Assembly: GCA_963727445.1 (NCBI GenBank)
Contig: CAVSGI010000014.1
Location: forward strand, 224,001-288,000
DNA: 64,000 nucleotides
Source: an uncultured delta proteobacterium
Lineage (GTDB): Bacteria > Myxococcota_A > Polyangia > Polyangiales > B10-G4
Reading direction: 5' to 3'
Positions 22,573-31,565 of this stretch are shown here, piece after piece (the first letter of the stretch is position 1; every line of letters begins with the position of its first letter). Under the pieces are notes generated by a model. The model worked only from the letters and a program-made list of their open reading frames with translations, did no database searches and was not told where the DNA came from. A program made the position numbers and the translations under genes.

Positions 22573-24240
22573 TCAGGGCACGGCGCCCGTGGCCGGCCGC
22601 AGATTTCCCCGGATCCGCTGGTCCTCTTCCGCGGTGAAACGGACCTCCCGCTCCTCGTAACCAGGAGCGGAGATACGAAGGGTATGAGAGCTCCCGCGCC
22701 GCAGACGCAAGGGGAAGTTGCCCGCGGGAAGCCCATCGAGGTGCACCGTCGCCCCGGGCGGCAGGCCGCTGACGTCGACCGACACCCGCCCGTCCTCGAC
22801 GATCGCCGCGCCCGCGTCGGCCTCGGGCTGTGGGGGGTGGGTCTCCTCCACCATCGGCGTGGGGGTGGGCCCGGTGTCGTCGCCGCTGAGGAAGGCGCGC
22901 GCCGCGAAGATGCCCGCGGCGACGAAGAGCAACACGCCGACCACGTAGAGCGCGACCGGCCCACGCTTCGGCTCCGGAGGCGCCTTGGAGAGGCTGATGT
23001 CCCGGGGCGGCGCGCGGTGGGAGATGACGGGCGATGGCGACGGGCTGGCCAGGCTCTTGGCGCGGGAGGCCCGGATCGACCCCGTGTCGCTGTCCAGCAC
23101 CGACTCGTCCAGCTCGAAATCGGCGGCGTTGCCACCGGTCTCCATGAACGGATCGTATCCGTCGTCGTCGGCCGCGGGGCTGAGCGAGGTGGCCGGGCGA
23201 GCCGGCTTCTTCGAACGCCGCGGGCCGGTCGGCGCGATCACGAGCTCGCCGTCGGCGAGGCTGGGCTTGGGCGACTTCTGGGGTGGGAGGGGCGAGGAAG
23301 GCGTGGCCATCGCCGCCGCCGTGACCGCGGGATCGACCGCGGGCAGGGTCTCGTTCGAACGGGTGTCGGGCTCCGGCGGGGCCAGCTCGTCCTTGTTGCG
23401 GGCGTCGCGAAGGAGCTGAAGCATCTGCGCCGCCGTCGCGGGTCGCTCGTCCTTGTTCTTCGCGAGGCAGGTGAGGATCGCGCGCTCGAGATTCTTGCCG
23501 ATCTGCGCGCCTCGCGTGCGCGGAGGCGTCGGCTCCTCGTTGAGGATCACGTGGATCAACGCGTTGTAGTTGTCGGCGTCGAAGGGCACGTCACCGACCA
23601 GGCACTCGTACATGACGATCCCGGCGGCGTAGAGGTCCGCCCGCCGGTCCACCCCCGCATCTCCCATCGCCTGCTCCGGCGCCATGTAATGCGGCGTACC
23701 CAAAACGGTCCCGGCGACGGTGAGGTTCGAGGCGCGCTCGTCCGACTTCTGCGAGATGCCGAAATCGAGGATCTTCAGGAGATCGGAGCGCCGCTTTCGC
23801 GGGGTGAGGATGATGTTGTCCGGCTTGAGGTCCCGGTGGACCACGCCGTGCTCGTGAGCGGCGTCGAGCGCATCGAGGAGCTGAGCCATGATGTCCATCG
23901 TCTCGTCGAGGCTCAGACGACCTTTGGTCTCGATCCGGGTGGACAGGGCGTAGCCGGGGAGGAACTCCATGACCAAGAACGGGATTCCGTTTCGGGTCTG
24001 GTCGAGATCGAGCACCTCCACGATGCCGGGATGCTGGATCGCGCTGGCGGCCCGGGCCTCGCGCCCGAAGCGCTGCACCACGCTCGCGTTGCTCAAGAAG
24101 CGCTCGTCGAGGAGCTTGACGGCCACCTTGCGGCCGGTGCGCACGTGCTCTCCCCGGAAGACCGAGCCCATGCCGCCCTGGCCGAGCATTCCCTCGATCC
24201 GGTACTTGTCGAGCAAGACCGTGCCGCTGATGTCCTCCAT
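22573..24240 (-). CDS. Membrane Ser/Thr protein kinase with a C-terminal PEGA-like domain
   Basis: GQGGMG, VAVK, HRDLKPDN, DFG, GTPHYMAPE, TM helix, GATVHLDG...HTLRISAPGY. Confidence 0.92.
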   Translation of the reverse strand: MEDISGTVLLDKYRIEGMLGQGGMGSVFRGEHVRTGRKVAVKLLDERFLSNASVVQRFGREARAASAIQHPGIVEVLDLDQTRNGIPFLVMEFLPGYALSTRIETKGRLSLDETMDIMAQLLDALDAAHEHGVVHRDLKPDNIILTPRKRRSDLLKILDFGISQKSDERASNLTVAGTVLGTPHYMAPEQAMGDAGVDRRADLYAAGIVMYECLVGDVPFDADNYNALIHVILNEEPTPPRTRGAQIGKNLERAILTCLAKNKDERPATAAQMLQLLRDARNKDELAPPEPDTRSNETLPAVDPAVTAAAMATPSSPLPPQKSPKPSLADGELVIAPTGPRRSKKPARPATSLSPAADDDGYDPFMETGGNAADFELDESVLDSDTGSIRASRAKSLASPSPSPVISHRAPPRDISLSKAPPEPKRGPVALYVVGVLLFVAAGIFAARAFLSGDDTGPTPTPMVEETHPPQPEADAGAAIVEDGRVSVDVSGLPPGATVHLDGLPAGNFPLRLRRGSSHTLRISAPGYEEREVRFTAEEDQRIRGNLRPATGAVP

Positions 24241-24317
24241 GTCCAAGCCAGCGCCTAGCGCGGCTGCAATGCTAAATAGCCCGCCAGAATTGGGCAAGAC
24301 AGCGTAGGCGAGCCCGT

Positions 24318-25772
24318 TCAGGCCGGATCCCAGCGCACCCGGTAGATCGTGGCTTCATCGCCCAGTGCCTCGCAGGTCGGGGTCTGAACCCGGGGATTGG
24401 CGACCCCCACGTGCAGGAGCACCCCCCGCAGGATCCCGGCGGCGAGCGCCGTGAGCTCGAGGCGCGGCAGGACCTGCTGCCGGATGGACACGCGGGCCTG
24501 TCCCGGTCCGAGGATCTTCGCCTCCACCCTGCCCTGGCGGGAGAGCGTGGACCAGAAGGCGGGGAAAGCGGCGAGCACCTGGTCCGGGGTCTTGGCGTGG
24601 GCCAGCTCCGCCGACAGGCGCGTGAAGCCGCGCTGGCCGACCCGCTCCCCCAGCTGAGCGACCAGGCGCAGATCCTCCGCGCCGGCGATCTCGTCCACCG
24701 CGGCGAGGGCATCGGCGACGAGGGACGCATCGACGCCACGCTCGCGGTTGAGGTCGGTGTTGCCCGATCCGGGAAGCAGCTCCTCCACCGCCGGCATCCG
24801 GGCGATCAGCTCCCGCCAGCGGGAACCGAGCTCCTTGTAGATGGCCTCGATCAGCATCAGCACCGGGAGCAGCTCGAGCTTCGCCTCACCGACCGCGCCC
24901 TCGGGGGCGTTGCCCTCGTGCTGGCTGATGCGGGTCGGGCGGCGAAGCTTGAGATACCCGAGGTCCGCGGCCAGGGCGTCGTCGGGCACCTCCGTGCGGC
25001 CGGGTCGATCGCCGACGATGATGGAGAGGACGAGCAGGAAGAGGTCGGCCTCCGGGAAACGCTCCTCCGGCGCCTCTGCCGTCGCCTGACGGATCGCACG
25101 CTGAATCGTATCGCTCTGGCCGGAGATGTCGCCGTGGGGGCTCCCCGTGAGCAGCGCGCGATAGAGAACGCCGGCGCCGTGGAGGTCGGCGCGCTCGTCG
25201 AAGCGGCCGCCGCGCGCGAGCTCGGGCGGGATGTACTCGGCCGGAGGGCGCATGATCGGGAGCTCCCAATCGTCGTCGCTCCTGAAGACCGCATCCTGAA
25301 AGTGCCGGAGCTTGACGAGGTCCCGCCCACGCACCTCCACCACCACCACGGACTCGGGGCCCACCGAGCGATGCACCAGCCCCGCGCCGTGCACCGCGGC
25401 CAGGGCCTCCACCAGCTGGGTGGTGATGCGGGCGGCGCGCTCGGGATCGAGGCCTTCGGGGTTTTCGGCGAGGAGCTCGGCGACGGTCTTGCCTCGGAGC
25501 GCCTCGAAGACGATGAAGGGGCGGCCGTCGGTATGAACGCCGGAGTCGACGATGCTCTGGATGTTGCGATGGGCGACGCCACCGGCGACGCGGCTCTCGC
25601 GAAGCATTCGCGCCGCGTCGGGACCGTGAACCGGTTGCTCGGGCGCGAGGAGCTTCACCACCACGTTGCGTTGAATCGCGATGTGCTGCGCCTGATAGGT
25701 GACCGCCTGCTTGGTGGAGAACTCGATGTCCGCCAAGCGGTACTTCCCATCGATCAGTCGGTCGTCCCCCAC
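24318..25772 (-). CDS. Pseudokinase fused to a DUF2378/V4R-like C-terminal domain
   Basis: Kinase fold (VVKLL, RE..VAGGVAHRNI, YIPPE, D...AG) but HRD is HRS, DFG is HFQ and there is no Gly-loop. C-terminus GILRGVL..VG......TCEALGDEATIYRVRW. Confidence 0.75.
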   Translation of the reverse strand: MGDDRLIDGKYRLADIEFSTKQAVTYQAQHIAIQRNVVVKLLAPEQPVHGPDAARMLRESRVAGGVAHRNIQSIVDSGVHTDGRPFIVFEALRGKTVAELLAENPEGLDPERAARITTQLVEALAAVHGAGLVHRSVGPESVVVVEVRGRDLVKLRHFQDAVFRSDDDWELPIMRPPAEYIPPELARGGRFDERADLHGAGVLYRALLTGSPHGDISGQSDTIQRAIRQATAEAPEERFPEADLFLLVLSIIVGDRPGRTEVPDDALAADLGYLKLRRPTRISQHEGNAPEGAVGEAKLELLPVLMLIEAIYKELGSRWRELIARMPAVEELLPGSGNTDLNRERGVDASLVADALAAVDEIAGAEDLRLVAQLGERVGQRGFTRLSAELAHAKTPDQVLAAFPAFWSTLSRQGRVEAKILGPGQARVSIRQQVLPRLELTALAAGILRGVLLHVGVANPRVQTPTCEALGDEATIYRVRWDPA

Positions 25773-25816
25773 GTTCGCTGAAATCCTCGCCGGCTTCGAT
25801 CAGAAGCCGCGAGCGA

Positions 25817-26434
25817 TTAGATCTCCCGCAGCTGATCCTCGGCCCAATCCAGGACCGCCTGAGTATCTTCGTACTGCGGGTCGGGAAATACCAGCGTCGT
25901 CACCGACTCGATCGACTCTTCACCCGCCCCCACCTCGATGAGCTTCTCCACCCTGCCGATCAGCGGCCCGAGCGCGACGGCGCGCATGCGCGGAAGGATC
26001 ATGGCGAAGCGCCGCTTGTAGAGGAAGACCATGTCGGTGCGGCGGAGCCAATCGGTGATGGCATCGAGGACGCTGTCGTAGAGCGCCCGGCCGTCGGTCA
26101 CCGCGGAGAGCTTGACGACGACCGTGGCAAAGGGATCGCCATAGCGCTCTGCGAGCGCGCACTGCTCCCTCAGGCGCTTGCGAAAGTAGCGCCCTTCGAG
26201 GACTTGGACGTCGTCCGCGCGCGGACCCCGGCAGGCGACCTCGAAGACGTCGCGCACGTCCTCGAGGCTCCACTCCCGGCCTGGCGCCACGTCCCGAGCC
26301 GCGGAGGCGATGCGCCGGGCGAGGCGCTGCGCCAGGAGAGGATCGCGGCAGATGCGGTCGAGGTCATGCCCTTCGAGAGCCTCCTCGTCTTCGCCTCCGA
26401 TGAGGCGCTTGGCCGCCTCGGTCACCGTGGTCAT
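25817..26434 (-). CDS. Degenerate GGDEF-domain protein retaining the RxxD I-site
   Basis: RYFRKRLREQCALAERYGDPFATVVV and LRRTDMVFLYKRRFAMILP; GGDEF is replaced by KRRF. Confidence 0.75.
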   Translation of the reverse strand: MTTVTEAAKRLIGGEDEEALEGHDLDRICRDPLLAQRLARRIASAARDVAPGREWSLEDVRDVFEVACRGPRADDVQVLEGRYFRKRLREQCALAERYGDPFATVVVKLSAVTDGRALYDSVLDAITDWLRRTDMVFLYKRRFAMILPRMRAVALGPLIGRVEKLIEVGAGEESIESVTTLVFPDPQYEDTQAVLDWAEDQLREI

Positions 26435-26548
26435 CTCAACTACCCTTCGGGCCGAAAGTCTAGCACGTTGGCGAAATCGCTCCAAAGGGCGCCGTGCCGC
26501 CCGGCCCGATACCTACTACGCTCCCGCCCTCTGTCTTCTGCCCTGGAC

Positions 26549-27976
26549 ATGAAGCGCCGGTTCACATCCGCTCTACTCTCTGCGATCGCCCTATCGATCC
26601 TCGGCTGGGCGGCTTGCGCGGACGAAGCGCAGCCGGATACGGACCCAGCGCCAGAGATGGTGGCGGCCGAGCCAGAGCCCGAGCCGGGGCCGGAGCCGCC
26701 TCCGTCGGTGACGCACGAGGTCGCGGAGGGGGAGACGCTCTGGGACATCGCCCGGGCGTACGACGTCACGGTCGCGGACATCATGGAGGCCAACGAGCTG
26801 CGCCCGCGCGACGTGCGACGGCTCTCCAAAGGACGGTCGCTCATCATTCCGGGCGTGAGCGAGCGCGTGGAGGTCGCCACCGCCGAAGACCGGCGCGCCG
26901 CCGAGGAGGCGATGCGCGAGAGCCTGCCGGAGCTCGAAGACGGCGCCTATCACTTCCTCGGAGAAGGCGAGACGATCTGGGATCTGGCGCGCACCTACGA
27001 CAAGTCGATCGAAGAGATCATGGCGCGCAACGAGTTCACCGACGACGACGTGCGGGGCTTTCGGCCGGGGCGACCCATCATCATCCCCGGCATCCGGCCC
27101 GACCAGGTGCGCACGCCACCGCCGCGGGAAGAGCGCGAAGGCATCTATCACGAGGTGAGCCGGGGCGAGACGGTCTGGGACCTCGCCAACGCTTTCCAGG
27201 TCAGCGTCTCGGAGATCATGGCTTCGAACGGCATGGACGCCGAGCGGATCACCGCGATCCGCGAAGGCGAGCGCATCTTCATCCCCGGCGTCGACGAGGA
27301 CGTGCGGACGGGGCGGGTGCATCGTCGCGAGACCACGACGCAGCGTGCGGCGCGACCGATCGCGCGGCGCCTGGGGCTCGGGACGCGGCGAGCCGCGAGC
27401 AAGCTGCTGATGGGGCAACCCGAGGAGCGCTGGGTGCGCGCAGCGGGAGGGCGCCGCGGACGGCTACCGGGAACGCTTCGCTGGCCGGTGTCGAACGGAC
27501 GCTTCGTGCGCGGCTTCGGGTCCGGCGAAGGCGGCTATCACCAGGCGGTCGACATCGCAGGCGACATCGGCTGGAACGTGCGCGCAGCCGCGCCGGGGAT
27601 CGTCGGCTACTCGGACAACGGCGTGACCGGCTACGGCAACATGGTGCTCCTCGTCCATCCCGGCGGGTGGGTGACGATGTACGCGCACAACTCGACGAAC
27701 TTCGTCGTCGCCGGCGAGCGCGTGCCGCGCGGGGGCATCCTCGCCGAGGTGGGCAGCACTGGCATCAGCCGCGGACCCCACGTCCACTTCGAGCTGATGT
27801 TCGGTGGACAGAACTGCGACCCCGCGCATCTCTTTCGACCCGGCATCCGCCATCGCGGGGGACGTCTGTCCCCCATCGACCGGCTGACCTGGACTCGGCC
27901 GGGCCACAAGCCGCGCGAGATCGCCTGTGGTCGCCGGCGCCGCCACCCCCGCTCCCGACGGGTGATCGACGAATGA
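26549..27976 (+). CDS. Lipoprotein with three LysM domains and an M23 peptidase domain
   Basis: Three H.v..GET[LIV]WD[IL]A..Y/F.....IM..N repeats; HQAVD, YAH, GPHVHFE. Confidence 0.92.
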   Translation: MKRRFTSALLSAIALSILGWAACADEAQPDTDPAPEMVAAEPEPEPGPEPPPSVTHEVAEGETLWDIARAYDVTVADIMEANELRPRDVRRLSKGRSLIIPGVSERVEVATAEDRRAAEEAMRESLPELEDGAYHFLGEGETIWDLARTYDKSIEEIMARNEFTDDDVRGFRPGRPIIIPGIRPDQVRTPPPREEREGIYHEVSRGETVWDLANAFQVSVSEIMASNGMDAERITAIREGERIFIPGVDEDVRTGRVHRRETTTQRAARPIARRLGLGTRRAASKLLMGQPEERWVRAAGGRRGRLPGTLRWPVSNGRFVRGFGSGEGGYHQAVDIAGDIGWNVRAAAPGIVGYSDNGVTGYGNMVLLVHPGGWVTMYAHNSTNFVVAGERVPRGGILAEVGSTGISRGPHVHFELMFGGQNCDPAHLFRPGIRHRGGRLSPIDRLTWTRPGHKPREIACGRRRRHPRSRRVIDE

Positions 27977-28341
27977 GCGGCGCAGAGGAGCCGACGGAAG
28001 AGGAGCTCGCGGAGCTCGGCGAGGCGCTCCGAGCTCTGCAGGCCGAGCTCGAGGCCGCGGTGTCTCTGGGGGACGCGGGGGCCAAGCCCGTCGACCTCGA
28101 CCAGCCCATCGGCCGCATCAGCCGCGTCGACGCGCTCCAGCAGCAGGCGATGGCGAAGGCAACCAAGGACAAGGCGAAGCTCCGCCTCGCGCAGGTCCGC
28201 GTGGCGCTCCAGGCGCATGCGGCGGGCGAGTACGGCTACTGCCGCCGGTGCGAGGAGCCGATCGGGATCGGCCGACTTCGCTCACGCCCGGAGACGCCGT
28301 TCTGCGTCGAATGCCAGGGCCGCCGCGAGCGAGGCGCCTGA
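27973..28341 (+). CDS. TraR/DksA C4 zinc-finger protein
   Basis: GRISRVDALQQQAM; YGYCRRCEEPIGIGRLRSRPETPFCVEC; ATGA overlap with the upstream gene. Confidence 0.9.
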   Translation: MSGAEEPTEEELAELGEALRALQAELEAAVSLGDAGAKPVDLDQPIGRISRVDALQQQAMAKATKDKAKLRLAQVRVALQAHAAGEYGYCRRCEEPIGIGRLRSRPETPFCVECQGRRERGA

Positions 28342-28385
28342 GCGCCCAGCACACCATCCGCCGTTCCCACTCCCCGTTCCCGAAC

Positions 28386-28882
28386 GGCTAACGGGGACGG
28401 TCTACACTTTTCAACTTTCGCCACGCACGCCCGAATTCCATCCGCATGCGCGCGGCCCAGCCGAACGAACGGCTAACGGGGACGGTCTACACTTTTCAAC
28501 TTTCGCCACGCACGCCCGGGTTCCATCCGCAGGCGCCTGAGCGCCCAGGGCTAACGGGGACGGTCTACACTTTTCAACTTTCGCCACGCACGCCCGAATT
28601 CCATCCGCATGCGCGCGGCCCAGCCGAAAGTTGAAAAGTCTAGACCGTCCCCATCAAGCGCGAGCCGAAAGTTGAAAAGTCTAGACCGTCCCCATCGAGC
28701 GCGGGTCGCGACTCCCCTTCGCGGCGCTCGGGGCTGAGTCGGTTCATCGTCCAGCCGAAAGTTGAAAAGTGTAGACCGTCCCCATCGAGCGCGAGCCGAA
28801 AGTTGAAAAGTCTAGACCGTCCCCATCGAGCGCGGGTCGCGACTCCCCTTCGCGGCGCTCGGGGCTGAGTCGGTTCATCGTC
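28386..28882. repeat. Intergenic cluster of seven copies of the 28-bp core GGGGACGGTCTA(C/G)ACTTTTCAACTTTCG (3 direct, 4 inverted); REP/BIME-like
   Basis: Forward cores at 28393, 28478, 28556; inverted cores at 28625, 28666, 28756, 28797. Also a 131-bp tandem duplication at 28620-28750 / 28751-28881. Confidence 0.95.
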
Positions 28883-29142
28883 CGGACAGGACGCGGGGCG
28901 CGGGGTCGCCTCGTGCGGGCCGGTTTCCATTGCCACTCCCGTTCCCGTCGCGATCACGCACGACTTGCCTGATCGTGCCCATTCGGGCAGGGAGGGCGAG
29001 AGACCCGCCCGTTCCGGATCCACTCAACCATCTGAAATCGCCAACGTTTCCTGTCCGGACCTGCGAAGGGCCCCGAGGCACGGCTCCTGCATTTTCCCGG
29101 GCCGTGCACACCCTCGCCTCCCCCTTCGCCCGCGACACCCTG

Positions 29143-30312
29143 GTGGACGCTCGTCCCCCGCTCCTCGTCGGACGCTATCGCCTCGGGCGGCGGCTCGGGG
29201 GTGGCGGGATGGGCGAGGTCTACGAGGCGCAGGACGAGCGGCTGGATTGGCCGGTCGCCATCAAGCTCCTGCGGCCCGAGCTCGCCACCGAACAGGAGCA
29301 GCTCTGCCGTTTCCTCCAGGAGGCCCAGGCGGCGGGCGCCCTGTCGCACCCGCACATCGTCCAGGTGCTCGACGCGAGCAAGCCGGATGCCGACGAGCCC
29401 TTCATCGTGATGGAGCGCCTCGAGGGCTCGCCGCTCTCGAGCATCCTCTTCATCGAAAATCGCCTCCCCGAAAAGCGCGCCGTGCGCCTCGCCATCCAGA
29501 TCCTCGACGCGCTCTCGTCCGCGCATGCGAGCGGCATCGTCCATCGCGACATCAAGCCCGACAACGTCTTCGTGACGCGGGGCTACGACGGCGGCGAGGT
29601 CGCGAAGCTCTTGGACTTCGGGGTCGCCAAGGTCGCGCGCGGCGGAGGCTCGAACCGACTGACCGTGACCGGGCAGGTGGTGGGGACGCCCTCCTTCATG
29701 GCACCCGAACAGCTCACGGCCGAGGTCACGGACGGCCGCGCCGACGTCTTCGCGGTGGGCGCCTTGCTCTACGCGATGCTGACCGGAAGGCCGCCCTTCG
29801 TGGGCCGGACCGTCGACGAGATCGCCATGAAGGTGCTCATCGGCGATCACCCGTCCCTCGAGACGCTCGCCCCGAGCGTCGACCCGCTCCTTTCGGCCAT
29901 CGTCCGTTCGGCGCTCGAAAACGATCGCGCGCGTCGCTTCCAGAACGCCGACGCGATGTGCGCGGCGCTGGTGTCCTGGGCCCAGCGGGGGAGCGTCGTG
30001 CTCCCCGCGCCCCCGAGCACACCCGCACCGACGCCCACACCCGCGTTCGTCCCGCCCCTCGCGCCCGCGCCGAAGCCGTCCTCCAAGACAGGGCGTCGCT
30101 GGCTCCGCGCCATGACCCTCGCGACCTCGGCCAGCGTCCTGCTCGTGATGTCGGTGATCGCCGGAGCCGTGGTCGCGACGCGTCCCTGGCAGGACCCGAT
30201 CGCGGCCGTGCAGCTCCGCTCCGCCCACGAGCCGGTCGCGACGATCATCCCCGTCACACCGCTCCCGGTGGCCTTGGACCTCCCCGCAGTGAACGAGGAA
30301 GCACCGGAGTGA
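29143..30312 (+). CDS. Membrane Ser/Thr protein kinase
   Basis: [31 protein letters not shown]-terminal TM helix. Confidence 0.92.
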   Translation: MDARPPLLVGRYRLGRRLGGGGMGEVYEAQDERLDWPVAIKLLRPELATEQEQLCRFLQEAQAAGALSHPHIVQVLDASKPDADEPFIVMERLEGSPLSSILFIENRLPEKRAVRLAIQILDALSSAHASGIVHRDIKPDNVFVTRGYDGGEVAKLLDFGVAKVARGGGSNRLTVTGQVVGTPSFMAPEQLTAEVTDGRADVFAVGALLYAMLTGRPPFVGRTVDEIAMKVLIGDHPSLETLAPSVDPLLSAIVRSALENDRARRFQNADAMCAALVSWAQRGSVVLPAPPSTPAPTPTPAFVPPLAPAPKPSSKTGRRWLRAMTLATSASVLLVMSVIAGAVVATRPWQDPIAAVQLRSAHEPVATIIPVTPLPVALDLPAVNEEAPE

Positions 30313-30316
30313 GGCC

Positions 30317-30338
30317 TCGGGGCGCCGGGGCGCCCCGA
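30317..30338. terminator. GC-rich hairpin between convergent genes
   Basis: TCGGGGCGC-CGGG-GCGCCCCGA, 9-bp stem; no U-tract. Confidence 0.35.
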
Positions 30339-30352
30339 ACGAGGCCCGCGCC

Positions 30353-31528
30353 CTACCCCTTGCGGTAGGCGGTCACGACACAGGCGCCGCCGAGGCCGAG
30401 GTTGTGCTGCAGGGCGATGCGGGCGCCTTCGACCTGACGGTCGCCGGCGGTGCCGCGGAGCTGCCAGACGAGCTCGGTGCACTGGGCCAGCCCCGTGGCG
30501 CCGAGAGGGTGGCCCTTGGAGAGCAGGCCGCCGCTCGGGTTGGTGACGACCTTGCCGCCGAAGGTGTTGTCCCCCTCGACGATCATCTTCTCCGCGCCGC
30601 CCTCCTCAGCGAAGCCGAGGGCTTCGTAGGTGAGGATCTCGTTGGCGGTGAAGCAGTCGTGGAGCTCGCAGACGTCGACGTCGTCGGGGCCGAAGCCGGC
30701 GGCTTCGTACACCTGATCCGCCGCGTTCTTCGCCATGTCGTAGCCGACCATCTTGATCATCGAGTCGCCGAAGCTGGACTCGTAGTCGGTCGTCATGGTC
30801 TGGGCCGCGATGTAGACCGGGTCGCTGATCCCGTACTTCTTCGCGAAGTCGTCGGTGCAGAGGATGGCCGCCGCGGCGCCGCAGGTGGGCGGGCAGCACT
30901 GATAGCGCGTGAGCGGATCGAAGATCTCCGGGCTCGCCAGGATCTCCTCGACCGAGAGCTGCTCCTTGAACAGGGCGTAGGGGTTCTTGGCGGCGTGCTT
31001 GCGCGCCTTCTCGCTGACCTTGGCGAAGGTCTCCTTCTTCGTCCCCCAGCGCCAGCGGTACTCGCGCCCTGCGCCGCCGAACATCTGCGCCGCCGGCGGC
31101 GCCGGACTGAAGCCCTGCACCCGCTGCATCACGCCCGCGTGCTGGTCGAGGGGATTGGTCCGGTCGTCCCACTTCGCCCCGAGAGCGCCCTTCTCCATCT
31201 GCTCGAAGCCGACGGCGAGGACACACTCGGCGATCCCGCCTTCGACGGCCTGCCGGGCGAGCATCAGCGCCGTCGAGCCGGTGGAGCAGTTGTTGTTCAC
31301 GTTGAAGACCGGGATGCCGGTCAGGCCCACTTCGTAGACCGCCCGCTGCCCGCAGGTGCTGTCGCCGAAGACGTAGCCGGCATACGCCTGCTGGATCGCG
31401 TCGAAAGGAACCGCCGCGTCCTCGAGGGCCGCGCGGATCGCCTTGTCGGCCATCACGTTGTAGGGGTCGCTCTTCCCCGGCTTCTGGAAGGGGACCATCC
31501 CGACGCCGATCACGTTGACTCTACCCAT
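30353..31528 (-). CDS. SCP-x-type thiolase (lipid-transfer protein family)
   Basis: NVNNNCSTGSTAL, QCCPPTCGAAA, ELHDCF, NPSGGLLSKGHPLGATG, QHNLGLGGA. Confidence 0.92.
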   Translation of the reverse strand: MGRVNVIGVGMVPFQKPGKSDPYNVMADKAIRAALEDAAVPFDAIQQAYAGYVFGDSTCGQRAVYEVGLTGIPVFNVNNNCSTGSTALMLARQAVEGGIAECVLAVGFEQMEKGALGAKWDDRTNPLDQHAGVMQRVQGFSPAPPAAQMFGGAGREYRWRWGTKKETFAKVSEKARKHAAKNPYALFKEQLSVEEILASPEIFDPLTRYQCCPPTCGAAAAILCTDDFAKKYGISDPVYIAAQTMTTDYESSFGDSMIKMVGYDMAKNAADQVYEAAGFGPDDVDVCELHDCFTANEILTYEALGFAEEGGAEKMIVEGDNTFGGKVVTNPSGGLLSKGHPLGATGLAQCTELVWQLRGTAGDRQVEGARIALQHNLGLGGACVVTAYRKG

Positions 31529-31565
31529 CGTCTCTTCTCCTGCTGCTCGTTGTGACCGTGCGGGC

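Noticed and set aside
28386..28882. CRISPR array
   Set aside because: The orientation flips mid-cluster, the intervening sequences are themselves repeated and of uneven length, and there are no cas genes in the window
28217..29138. Short ORFs with repeated LTGTVYTFQLSPR or DGDGLHFSTF peptides
   Set aside because: These are translations of the DNA repeat on either strand, with no coding bias or good starts
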